A program made the translations under genes and the position numbers. A stretch of 63,777 nt of DNA, counting the filler, from Octopus bimaculoides (Eukaryota), in NCBI RefSeq assembly GCF_001194135.2. It is 4 parts of 4 records of this genome, joined end to end, with 100 filler letters (N's around TTAATTAATTAA, not from the genome) between each part and the next. Parts side by side here need not be neighbours in the genome. Positions count along the whole stretch, not along the records: positions 1 to 12,880 come from NC_069007.1; 3 more parts are not named here. One strand, written 5' to 3'. The notes beneath the pieces are model-generated. The model worked only from the letters and a program-made list of their open reading frames with translations, ran no database searches and had not been told where the DNA came from. Positions 1 to 11,796 of the stretch are shown here, one piece after another. How positions within the stretch are numbered: the first letter of the stretch is position 1; every line of letters starts with the position of its first letter.

Positions 1-329
1 ATATATAGGTACACACACACATATACACGCATTCATATTCCAAAGTTCACCTTTGTAATCAGCCTCTAGTGTGTTAGAAAGTGGAACGTTATGCGTATAC
101 ATGTGTGTAAATGTATACAAAATATACATGTATGTATACACACGTGCACACACACACGCGCATACACACAAACGGCAATCCATTGAGATAATGTTAACGA
201 TCGATCGACGCTGTTAATATTTTAAAGAATTTGAAGTAAAATTACTTGAGATGTTGGTAGAAGTTTCGATTGGATTAAGTTGGAACAGGGTGAATATATT
301 TGTTATTTCTGTTTTTTGTGAATATGAAG

Positions 330-641
330 TTAATACTGGAGGTAAGACGTTAGAAAAATAAATCGGAGGTGGGAGGGACCGATCGGTACAGGTGTATACG
401 TGTGTGTGTGTGTGTGTATGTGAGTGTGTGCATATACAGGTAAACAATTGTGTATATGTGTGTATGTGTGTATAAGGGGATGCATATACATGCAGTGGTA
501 TATGTGAGTGTGTGTATGTAGATGTATACATATGCATGCAAACAATCGTGTATATGTGGGTGTGTGCATATACATGCAAAACAATTGTGTAGATGTATAT
601 GTGTGTGTATGCGCATACACGTAAACAATATGTATGTGAGC

Positions 642-683
<42 letters not shown>

Positions 684-1150
684 TAGTTTTAAGGAAAATA
701 ACCAAGTTTCAAGAACTCATCGATGAAAATCCACTATAACTTGGTTATTTTCCCTAAAACTATATATTTTATATATATATTATCTATAAAGCTCAATTTA
801 ATTTTAATTTTTTATAAATTGATTTTAATTGAGTTTTTACCTGTAATTCTGGATTTTGTGTATACACACAAATGTGTGTTTATTTTTATACATCCTCATA
901 GATGGCTCAAGGGTCAAGAGTTTCGTGTATTGCAAACAATGTACATACGCACACACACACACATACATACATTCATAAATGCACACCCATATATATATAT
1001 ATCCATAAACACATTTTCTGACTCATATACACACACACACAAATAAATGTTTACATAGTCTGTTACACACACATAATTATGCTCCCATACATACACACAC
1101 CGCTAATAGACAAATACAGTTACACACACAAATATATACATACATGCACA
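330..1150. repeat. Compound (CA/TG)n and (TA)n microsatellite field
   Basis: Directly visible. It is the source of the HT/YI/VC-repeat ORFs. Confidence 0.95.
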
Positions 1151-1240
1151 TACACAAACACAACAACAAGGGAACCTAGAAATAGTCTCTAAATCTCTCC
1201 CTCAAATCAAGCCAAGTCTTAAATGATTATTAAATATATA

Positions 1241-1636
1241 AAGGCATAACTACACAACTGTGCCGCATCTAATCACTACCTGACTTTGTTTTCTCCTAAC
1301 GTTCAGAAAAATAGATATTTTTTAAATATAATTTTTCGCAGATACTTTCAAGATGACATAATTTACGATTATACTGGAATTTGATGGGGGAAAAGGACGT
1401 AATTAAAATGTGGCCGGATAGTTCACATATCTCAATTTTGTTTCTTCATATTTTGATAAACTGCGCGAAGTATCGGCCTCTATCCCACAAATTGTTATCT
1501 TTCACAACAAATTCCGGTATAATCGTAATCTACACCCTCTAAAAGTTATGCGATGAAAATTTTATTTAAAAATATCTATTTTTCATAAAGTTATGAAGAA
1601 ACAAACCGATGGAGCACATTTCTGTAGTTATGCCTC
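1241..1636. mobile_element. TA-flanked MITE with long imperfect inverted arms (Tc1/mariner-type, non-autonomous)
   Basis: The left end AAGGCATAACTACACAACTGTGC matches the reverse complement of the right end (GAGGCATAACTACAGAAATGTGC). TA lies at 1239-1240 and 1637-1638. Internal inverted blocks are also present. Confidence 0.7.
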
Positions 1637-3519
1637 TATACATAAATGTATGAATAAATAAATAAATAAAATGAGACCAGGGAAATAGCTCAAGCGGACA
1701 TGTAATTAGCTAAAATAGATAACTGAATGACGTCAGCCAAAGAAATTGTAAGATTTCGCTGGGCGATTATTGAATTTAGAACATCACTTATAACGAAAGT
1801 GAAAGTAAAACTATTTCATTATGTAAATTGTCTATTTTTCATCGTCTGCGATTAAGATGTAATTAATACATCGAAAATAAATTAGAAACAAGAAAAATAA
1901 CATCAGATAATACAAAAATTTTGACCGTCAAAAAAAAAAAACAACTTAAATCCAGTGAAAAAAATTAACAATAAATGTGACATAAAATTCGAAATAATTC
2001 AACATTATTTTACTTAACGATGGAGTTTTTTGTAAAATAAACTGAAAGTAAAAGAGAGGTTATTTGATGGGCGTGGTTTGAAGACATGGTTTCGGGTTCA
2101 GTCCCACTGCGCGGCATCTTGTACATGCGTCTTCTATTGTAGCCCTGATCAATGCCTTGTAAATTTGGTTGACAGAGACAGTGTGAAAGCCCAGAAGCAC
2201 ATCGTATATATTCTCTTTTTTTTTTCCTGAGAAAACAAAGCCTCAGAGCGCAGGATCTAGCGCCAGTCCTGCTTCTCTTCAGCTCAAAGATTTGAGCAAA
2301 GTCGGCTCCAACATCGGGATCAACTTCGTGCAAGCATGAAGGCACGCTGGCAAAACCCTGCTCCTCTAAATGGAAAACTCACCTGTCATTGTGGTTTTGT
2401 GGCACAAAGCAAAGTAGGCATTGCTGTCCACTCAATGACGATGATCGATATTTTCTGGTTACTAAAACTCGGTATTAAAATAAAATTGAAAGAAAGTTTT
2501 GCTTTGAAACTAAACGAATTTTATTTCTTGAAACTAAATGTTTATTTCGAGATTGTTTAGGTATTTTAGAAATAGCAGAAGTTTTCAGACAGAAATTGTT
2601 AGCGAGAATCATTGAAGAAGACACAACACTGCTGACATGATTGACCGCCCTCGGTATATTTTCTCCATGACAACTGGTATTTGAAAGAATCACTAAGTTT
2701 GTTGCATCGTTTGGATTGATTAATTAATAATTCAATGATGTTGCTTATAAATAAGTTATTGTGTTTGGTGAATCGCCAGAGATGTTCTAACGGAAAAACT
2801 TGCACTTATATTCTTTTGTTCTTTTTTACTTGTTTCAGTCATTTGACTGCGGCCATGCTGGAGCACCGCCTTAAAGGGTTCTTTTTTTTTAGTCGACGAA
2901 ATCGACTCCAGGACTTATTTTTTGTAAGCTTAGTACTTATTCTATTGGTCTCTTTCGCCGAACTGCTAAGTTGCGGGGACGTAAAGACACTAACACTAGT
3001 TATCAAGTGATGGTGGGGTGACAAACACAGACACAAGGACGGACGGGCACAATTGTGTTAGTAAATGTCCAAAAGTGACAATATGGAGAAGTTAGGATTT
3101 TCAGGCAAAGAAAAAGACTGGCTAACACAAACTTTACAGATATATTCTCTAAGTGGAACAAGGAACATATACAAGGCTTTCTTAAAGTAACAATAATCAT
3201 ATATTGTTGTTATCCAATCTACTATGATGGAGATTTTATTTCTTCGTTAGAAAACAGTTCTTCTCTTCTAGGAAAAAGTAAGCAAGGAAGTAAGAGCTTA
3301 CATAATGCCTGCAAACATATATACATAGAGACATCCATACACACACACACACATACCTATACGTACACGCATACCTACATACATGACCTACTTTTCTTCC
3401 TTCCTTCCTTTCTTCCTTTTCATATATTTTAGTTAACTTGAGACAGCATGATTGGCTATGATTCCAGGGGGATTTAATGACTATTTCTATCCAGACATGT
3501 GACTAGAGGTTTGGCTTGT

Positions 3520-3800
3520 TATCAAGTGTTTGTGTGTGTGTGTGTATTTTTTTGCGCGTGTTTGCATTCGTGTGTGTGTGTGTTTGTGTGCATGTGTGAC
3601 TTTGTGTGTGTGTGTTTGTGTGTGTACATGTGTGTGTTTGTGTGCGCGCGTGTGTGTGTGTGTGTATACAGATGCATGTGCTTGCGTGTACATGACAATG
3701 TGAGTATATTTCTGTATGAGTGTATGTATGTGTTTGTAGATGAGAGAATGGTCGCATGTAGGCAAATGTGTGTGTTTATGTATATATGTGTGTGTGTGTT
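3520..3800. repeat. (GT)n-rich microsatellite
   Basis: Directly visible. Confidence 0.95.
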
Positions 3801-3899
3801 CAGGTAGCCCACGATTCATCGTCTACCAATTAATATATACAAACATATTAAATGGTATCTTGAATACACACACACACATATATATATACTTGACAGAGT

Positions 3900-4560
3900 G
3901 CAAGTACCTTGAGAGAAAAGTTGGACCTAAGAAGCATCAGATGTGGTGTGCAAGAGAGATGACTGCGCTGGTATGGTCATGTGGCGAGAATGGATGAGGA
4001 TAGCTGTGTGAAAAAGTGCCACACCCTAGCGGTTGAGGGAACCTGTGGAAGAGGTAGACTCTGGAAGAGGTAGACTCTGGAAGAGGTAGACTCTGGAAGA
4101 GGTAGACTCTGGAAGAGGTAGACTCTGGAAGAGGTAGACTCAGGAAGACCTGGGATGAGGTGGNNNNNNNNNNGAATGGATGAGGATAGCTGTGTGAAAA
4201 AGTGCCACACCCTAGCGGTTGAGGGAACCTGTGGAAGAGGTAGACTCTGGAAGAGGTAGACTCTGGAAGAGGTAGACTCTGGAAGAGGTAGACTCTGGAA
4301 GAGGTAGACTCAGGAAGACCTGGGATGAGGTGGTGAAGCACGACCTTCGAACATTAGGCCTCACCAAGGCAATGACTAGTGACCGAGAGCTTTGGAAATA
4401 TGCTGTGCTTGAGAAGACCCGGCAAGCCAAGTAAGACCATAACCCTGGCCTAGGCCAGGGGTGTAACCAGCCCACTTATGCGTACCTTTCCTTCATTGGA
4501 CACTAAATTCTGCTTGTGAAGACCTGTTGAGGCAAGTGAAATTGAAATCGAAAACAAATT
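3900..4560 (+). mobile_element. RTE-clade LINE 3' remnant (ORF2 C-terminus ..LRWYGH..GRGR.RKTW..EKTRQAK*), duplicated across a 10-N gap
   Basis: Translation shows the WYGHV.RMDEDSCVKKC and KTWDEVVKHDLRTLGL..DRELWKYAVLEKTRQAK motifs. It is the same family as 47575-48230. Confidence 0.85.
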
Positions 4561-5189
4561 CTATGACTGGCATCCGTGCTAGTGGAGCGCTAGATGCCCT
4601 TCCTAACACTATCCACTCCGGGAGTGTAATGGGTTCTTTTCACGTGCCACTAGCACAGGGGCCAGAGGAGGCTAGCAATGACCACAATCAGCTGGTGCTT
4701 TTTATGTGCCACCAGCACAGAAGCCAGTCAAGGCGGCACTGGCATCGGCCACATACGGCCGGTACTTTTTACATGCCACCGGCACGGGGATCACAGCTAC
4801 AGTTTTCATTTGATTTTCAACATGTATGTATTTGTGTAGGTGTGTGTGACTGTAATAATTATTTGTAACACAACAGATAGAATATGGATGGTAGATCGAA
4901 TTAATCCACTTTTCAATGTCATCTAGTGGTTGTCTTTTGAGATGTGACATCGATTATTGTCCGTTACTGAAAGAACGCTGGTTCGCAGGTACAAACACTC
5001 CTGTATTTCCCTTGTACATGCACATACATGAATGTTCACCATCCCCACTTCCATTGCGCTCACACACACACACACACACAAGCATCCACATACTTCCCTT
5101 TTACATACACACACACATATTCACACAAAGTTGAAATGCTGTTTGATTTACATTTTTTCAGCGTACAATTTCCATCATCCCACTGCCAT

Positions 5190-5300
5190 TTTGCCATCAC
5201 CCCTTCCTTCCTTCCTTATTCATCTATCATCCCTTCCTTCCTCATTCATCTATCATCCCTTCCTTCCTCATTCATCTATCATCCCTTCCTTTCTCATTCA
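5190..5300. repeat. ~26-bp tandem repeat (TCATTCATCTATCATCCCTTCCTTCC), about 3-4 copies
   Basis: Directly visible upstream of the acceptor at 5367. Confidence 0.8.
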
Positions 5301-5651
5301 TATGTTGTAACGGAGAAAAACACAAGAGTATTATTATAGTAGACTACATTTTATCTTTATATTACAGATCACCAAGAACTGAATGCCATATGTTGGAGAC
5401 TGTAAAGACAACCCCCAAAATGCTTGAACATCACAACAGTGGCACCCCAGTCAAAGAATCTTTATAAATAAGGAACTCACAAAACAGCGTAACTTAACAG
5501 TGGGTTTTTTTTTGGGGGGTTTTTTCTGTTCAACAAAATACCAAATACAGAAGAAGCAGCATCTCTGTGATATCAATCACAATATTAACTGCAACATTAA
5601 CCTATGATAGATGTCCATTATTTATTCATTGTGCCTGAATAATTGATTACC

Positions 5652-6010
5652 ATGATCCCATATATCCAGACCAGACCCAATCGAAGAATTTACAGCCGCA
5701 GTTTGGAGGCTGCCCGTATTGTCTTAGTGGTGTTGGAACTTACTGTGTCGGTGATCAGTTTTATCACTATTATGACGTTCGGTTATTTACTGAAACATTT
5801 TCGCTGGCGTTGCCCGCTCTTCAGTCAAATGGTTGTCGAAATAGTTCCGACTGAAATGAGCAACGAAACCATATTGCTCGAAGGTCACACGGAATGGGGG
5901 AAGAAAGAAGAGTGCTGGTTCACTCTGTCTGTTAGCATTATCATAACCCTGTCCAGTTTTATATGGGCCTGGCTGCATCTGCACTTCAAAAGAAGGATCC
6001 ACCAAGAAGG
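5652..6010 (+). CDS. TMEM179: TMEM179-like coding exon 1 (MIPYIQ...IHQE-G), phase-2 donor
   Basis: ATG at 5652 and open frame to GAAGG|gtaag at 6010. Two hydrophobic segments flank a Cys/Trp loop. An upstream acceptor ttatattacag| at 5367 suggests the exon starts at 5368 with a 5' UTR. Confidence 0.8.
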
Positions 6011-6870
6011 GTAAGAACATGATTTTGGCCTTAAATTCACACTTCATTCGCTGTGCGCCATGGTTGATTTATTTCACACAGGATTTCGTCCTCCTTGTCA
6101 TCGCCGTCGTCGTCGTCGTCACTATCATCATCACCTTCATCTTCGTCATCATCATCATCGTCGTCGTCGTCTTCACCAACTTCATCGTCACTATTACCGT
6201 GATCATGAATATCATGCTGCCGTTGTCATCATCATCATCATCATTGTCATCATCATCATCATCATTGTCATCATCATCATCATCATTGTCATCATCATCA
6301 TCACCAGCGTCATCATCATCATCACCAGCGTCATCATCATCATCATTGTCATCATNNNNNNNNNNNNNNNNNNNNNNNNNNNNNNNNNNNNNNNNNNNAT
6401 CATCATCGTCATCATCATCGTCATCATCATCGTCATCATCATCATCATCATCATCGTCATCATCATTGTCATCATCATTGTCATCATCATCATCATCATC
6501 ATCATTATCATCACCAGCATCATCATCACCATGATCATGAACATTCTTGTCGTCATCGTCATCATCATCATCATCACATCATTGTCTTTGCCATTATCAT
6601 CATCATCATCATTATCATCACTATCATTACCATCATCATCATAATCAACATCATCAACAACTGCACCATCAGCATCATCATTGTTATCATCCTCACCATA
6701 TCAACATTGTCATCATCATCATGTTCATCATCATCATCATTGTCATCAATATCTCTGTAGTCATCATCATCATCATCATCATTACCATCATCATGAACGT
6801 CATTGTTGTCATCACCACCTTACGCCACCACAATTGTCAGTGTCATCACCATCACCTCCACCACCAACAT

Positions 6871-6921
<51 letters not shown>

Positions 6922-7636
6922 ATATAGTCTTTACTAATAAGAACTCCATTAAACTGGAAAATTTAATTTGCTATGATTTTGTTGTCATCCACTCATTGCA
7001 AACAGCTGACAGGCGGATGAAAGTCTAACCTTCCCTTTATCTTCCCAGGATTTTCGTTTAGATAATTAAACTATTTGGGCCAGATTTGGTCAAGTTTAAA
7101 TGCGCAGGCATTAAACACAAGGCAACTTTTTGGTACATTTTAAAATATTAAAAAGCACATCTTAGATTGCCATGGTTTACAGTAATTATTGCATTTCTTT
7201 ATCTCTGATTTGTGGAACCAAAATCTCCAAATAATTTCATCTGTTTGTGAACATGTGTTTTCATTCTTTCTTTTGCAGGGTGTCACATTCCTATGTGTTC
7301 TTAAGCGTTATATGCGAATTCATTTTGTTTTTCTTCTCCCTTGTGTCAAGTCTTAAAATTACCACCGGAGAAGATGTTTGGTGTGAGAATTTAGTGAGGC
7401 ATATTCCGTAAGTATGTTTCCATTCTTCAAGAGTTCCAGTAATTGGTAGATGTATTTTTGAATTTAAAATTTTACAGAATGTTTTATGGAAGCAGAGAAA
7501 GTTGAGGAATTGGAAAATTATAGATAAAATTCCAGTGCAACTTGTGTTTTGCTTTGAGATTTACTTTTCCAAAGAAGAATCCAAATAGATGTAAAAAAGG
7601 ATGATATGCATGTATGAGAGAGAGAGAGAGAGAGAG

Positions 7637-7672
<36 letters not shown>

Positions 7673-10581
7673 NNNNNNNNNNTGTGTGTGTGTGTGTGTG
7701 TGTGTGTGTGTCTGTGTGTGTGTGTGTGAGTGAGTGTGTGTGTATGAGAGAGAGAGTAGTGTGTTTGTGTATGTGTGTGCATGTGAGAGAGAGAGTGTGT
7801 GTGAGTGTGTGTGTATATATGTGTGCATGTGAGAAAGAGAGTGCGTGTGTGTATGAGAGAGAGAGTAGAGAGTGTGTTTGTGTGTGTGTGTGTGAGTGTG
7901 TGTATGTGTGTGCATGTGAGAGAGAGTGTGAGAGTGTGCATGTGAAAGAGTGTGTGAGAAGGAGAGGAGAGAGTGTGTATATGTATGTGTGTGTGAGAGA
8001 GAGAGTGTGCATTTGTGTATGTGTGTGAGTGTGTGTACGTGTGTGAGAGTGTGTGTGTATGCATGTGAAAGAGTGTGTGTGAGACACAGAGAGAAAGTGT
8101 GTGCGTGCATGTGAAAGAGACTGTGTGCATGTGAGAGAGTGTGTGTGTGTAAGTGAGAGAGTGTGCATGTGAAAAGTGTGTGTGAGAGAGAGAGTGTATC
8201 TGCATGTAAGAAGGAGTATGTGTGTGTGTGTGTGTGAGACTGTGTTTGTATGTGAGAGTGTGTGTTTGTGTGATAAGCATATGTAACTAAGTGTGTGTGT
8301 GTGTGTGTGTGTGTGAAACACAATAATAGCACTGAAGTAGGAGATAAAAGAACAACACACCTTCTGGTGACAGGTGACACTCCAATTTGTGTGAGTGGTG
8401 ACCACCACCACTGACCATGGACCTGCCATACTTCTCACAGCAATAAACTATGATGTCATTCATTATCATTGATGACATCATCAGTGTGTGAGTCAGGAAG
8501 ACATAAGATAGAGGCGGGGGTGGGGTGAGTGAGTGGGGGAGGAGGGGCTACTACAATGTCCTGTAGGGTTAATGTGAATGGAGAATAAAACACAGACTAA
8601 TCTCTTAATTAAAAAAAAACTCAATCAATAGAACAAGAATGATTATCTTGGCCCACATAAATTGAAGGAAATCTGCCAAAAACAAAAAGATTGTTGGGGT
8701 TTTTTGGGGGGGAGAGGGGTGATGTGGTTATAGGTGCAGGTGTGGGTGTGCGGTAAGAGGTTAGCTTCCAAAACCACATGGTTTTGGGGTTCAGTCCTAC
8801 TGCGTGGCACCTTAGGCAAGTGTCTTCTGCTATAGCTTCATGTCACACCAAAACCTTGAGTAGATTTGTCGATGAAAACAGAAAGAAGCCCATTATGTGT
8901 GGGTGGGTGTGTAGGTGCAGGAGTGGCTGTGTGGTAAGTAGCTTGCTTACCAACTACATGATTCCAGGTTCAATCCCACTGTGTGGCACCTTGGGCAAGT
9001 GCCTTCTACTATAGCCTCGGGCCGACCAAAGATTTGTGAGTGGATTTGGTAGACAGAAACTGAAAGAAGCCCATCGTACATATATATATATATGTATGTG
9101 TATATGTTTGTGTGTCTGTCTATGTCCCCACCACCATTGCTTGACAACCAATGTTGGTGTGTTTATATCCCTGTAACTTAGAGGTTTAGCAAAAGAGACC
9201 AATAGAATAAGTACAAGGCTTACAAAGAATAAGTCCTGGGGTTGATTTCTTCGAGTAACACTGGTGCTCCAGCATGGCCGCTGTTAAATGTATGTATGTG
9301 TATATATATATATATATATATATNNNNNNNNNNACCCCTGAAAGGATGAAACGTAAATTTGACCTTGACAGAATTTGAACTCAGAATGTAAAGACAGACA
9401 CCATGCTAATGATTCAGCAAGTTCACCATCTTTCTCTTGACATATATTGAAAAAGACCCTTATATTTATTTCTTTATTGCCCACAAGGGGCTAAAGCTAG
9501 AGGAGACAGACAAGGACTGACAAAAGGATTAAGCCAAATACATTGACCCCAGTGTGTAACTGGTACTTATTTAATCGACCCCGGAAGGATGAAAGGCAAA
9601 GTCGACCCTGATATAACTTTATATTCAGAGTATCTCTTACAATATGGAATCCGTTTCCAGTGTTTAAATTTTTCAGTAACTGTTTTTAGGGGCTCCAAAC
9701 CACACCCAAAATTCCATTCACATTTAGAAGGTTTTTATCGTACTTCCTGTCCTTGTTTTTAGTTAGGAAAAACTATTTTCTCAGGAAGACATTGAGATGT
9801 GGACTAGTTCTGTCCTCTTCTAATTGTCATCACTGACAACTTCCCGGCCACCACCAACACTGCTGCTGTCACGGCCACCACCACCACCACCACCACTATC
9901 GTCACCATCACTACCATGGTCATCATCAGCAGCTGCAGCATCACACATATACATCATCTCAACTGGAGGTGCAATGGCCCAGTGGTTAGGGCAGCGGACT
10001 CGCGGTCATAGGATCACTGTTTCGATTCCCAGACCGGGCGTTGTGAGTGTTTATTGAGCGAAAACACCTAAAAGCACCACGAGGCTCCAGCAGGGGGATG
10101 GTGGCGAACCCTGCTGTACTCTTTCACCACAACTTTCTTTCCCTCTTTCTTCCTGTTTCTGTTGTGCCTGTAATTCAAAGGGTCAGCCTTGTCACACTCT
10201 GTGTCACACTTAATCTCCCCNNNNNNNNNNNNNNNNNNNNNNNNNNNNNNNNNNNNNNNNNNNNNNNNNNNNNNNNNNNNNNNNNNNNNNNNNNNNNNNN
10301 NNNNNNNNNNNNNNNNNNNNNNNNNNNNNNNNNNNNNNNNNNNNNNNNNNNNNNNNNNNNNNNNNNNNNNNNNNNNNNNNNNNNNNNNNNNNNNNNNNNN
10401 NNNNNNNNNNNNNNNNNNNNNNNNNNNNNNNNNNNNNNNNNNNNAGCAGGCTGTTCCGTTGATCGGATCAACTGGAACCCTCAACGTCGTAAGCGACGGA
10501 GTGCCAACAAAAAAAAAATTAATCATCTCAACTATAGTGCAATGTGAAGGCAGAAAAACACAAATACACACATGCATGCAT

Positions 10582-10626
<45 letters not shown>

Positions 10627-11796
10627 GGCTTCTTTCCATTTCTGTCTACCAAATCCATTTAGACAACAGTGGTCAGCTGAGGCCTAGAGCCGAAAGCACT
10701 TACTCAAAGTACCACACAGTGGGACCAAACTGACAAACACAAGACTGAGAAACATACTTCTGAACCACACACAACCATTATATGCCGACAACTGTTAAAG
10801 AATTCAAAATTCCATTTTACATGGAACAGAAAAAGATAGAAGTAGTCTGAATTAACCTTTTCGTTACCAACCCGGCTGAAACTGTCCTGGCTCTGTAGTA
10901 CAAATGTCTTGTTTTCAAAAGTTCTGAATTAAAATCTTCCACCAAACCTTAGTCACAATTTATGTTCCTAACACTAGCTTAATGATAACTAAGTTATTTT
11001 ACTAAATTCTTTGTTATATTTCAAATTAATTGAAAGAAACACAGAAGTATCTCAACAGAAATACAGTAACAAAAGGGCTAAATGTAATTTTTCCAAGTTG
11101 GTGGGACCTGAAAGCGCCATCTTCTCTGAAAAACCACTTGAAAATAGCTTATCCTAGGCACTTGTCACAAGTGCAATGTTCAAGAACAAGTGGACACTTA
11201 AGTGTCCACTTATGTAAGATCAGGGATATTAACACAGGCTGATAAAACCTGCTACTGGTAGCATGTCAGTCAATACTACCCGTTCCATGGTCAAGTGGTC
11301 AGCGACTAAACCAATGAAGGTGATGATGACAATATGATGGTGATGATGATGATGACAATATGATGATGATGATGATGACAATATGATGATGATGATGATG
11401 ACGACAATAATGCTGACGGTGGTGGTGGTGGTTTTGGTGGTGACGATGATGATGATAGATAGATAAATTAATAGAGAGAGTGAGATGATGCTTGTTTTTT
11501 TGTTTTTTTATTATTAATACTGAAATCGCGTATTTCTTGTGTACTTTCAGGGATTCAGCTGGCTGACAACGCTTACACTGATAATCGTACCCATATATGC
11601 CTTCTTCGCATTCTATGGAAGTTCTTTCTTGTATCTTTGTTTCAAAGATGATAGTGATGAAGATGACTACACGTTGAAAATGGTGGCTTCCAAATTAATT
11701 CAACTGCCATACATGGCACTGCAAAGACCAAAAACAAAATCTCATGAAGAACATCATAGTTTCCGTAAATATTGGGATTCCCAGATGTTTTATTAG
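5652..11796 (+). CDS. TMEM179: TMEM179-family multi-pass membrane protein, divergent (spliced gene; 3 of probably 4 coding exons located)
   Basis: Exon translations carry TMEM179-like motifs: TM1-..HFRWRCPLFS..EWGKKEECWF-TM2, TM3-..TGEDVWCENL, and a final TM (GFSWLTTLTLII). Splice sites are canonical GT-AG. The family call is from remembered motifs, not a database search. Confidence 0.7.
6095..6920. repeat. Compound triplet microsatellite (CGT/CAT/TAT/TAC)n in TMEM179-like intron 1
   Basis: Directly visible. It is the source of the poly-S/I/M/H ORFs. Confidence 0.95.
7279..7407 (+). CDS. TMEM179: TMEM179-like coding exon 2 (VSHSYVFLSVICEFILFFFSLVSSLKITTGEDVWCENLVRHI)
   Basis: Acceptor ttcttttgcag| at 7278 and donor CC|gtaagt at 7407. 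Length 129 nt, phase 2 to 2, in frame with exon 1. Confidence 0.8.
7615..8315. repeat. (GA)n/(GT)n compound microsatellite
   Basis: Directly visible. Confidence 0.95.
9965..10521 (+). mobile_element. tRNA(Arg)-like-headed SINE with 12-bp TSD (internal gap)
   Basis: The head GGAGGTGCAATGGCCCAGTGGTTAGGGCAGCGGACTCGCGG..GTTTCGATTCC has A/B boxes. The TSD ATCATCTCAACT lies at 9953-9964 and 10522-10533. Confidence 0.88.
10852..11081. mobile_element. Second TTAA-type MITE (230 bp)
   Basis: The left end TTAACCTTTTCGTTAC matches the reverse complement of the right end (TTAGCCCTTTTGTTAC). Confidence 0.6.
11551..11796 (+). CDS. TMEM179: TMEM179-like terminal coding exon (GFSWLTTLTLII...SQMFY*)
   Basis: Acceptor gtgtactttcag| at 11550, phase 0. 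Encodes a hydrophobic segment, then an acidic DDSDEDD stretch, then TAG at 11794-11796. Confidence 0.6.
   Translation, partial: GFSWLTTLTLIIVPIYAFFAFYGSSFLYLCFKDDSDEDDYTLKMVASKLIQLPYMALQRPKTKSHEEHHSFRKYWDSQMFY

Noticed and set aside
214-1096. ORFs rich in HT, YI and VC dipeptides (also 3487-3819, 7484-8438, 20486-20843, 23915-24289, 62130-62989)
   Set aside because: They are translations of dinucleotide microsatellites, with no coding evidence.
6019-7028. Poly-Ser/Ile/Met/His ORFs
   Set aside because: They are translations of the (CAT)n field downstream of the exon-1 donor at 6010, so intronic.
7478-7530. Candidate TMEM179 exon 3 (CFMEAEKVEELENYR)
   Set aside because: It needs a phase-1 entry whereas exon 2 ends in phase 2. 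It runs into TAA with no GT donor.
9677-9740. Candidate TMEM179 exon 3 after tttttcag (N-C-F)
   Set aside because: There is an in-frame TAG at the fourth codon and no phase-0 donor.
9965-10040. tRNA-like sequences here and at other SINE heads
   Set aside because: They lack a paired acceptor stem and continue into SINE bodies with TSDs, so they are not tRNA genes.
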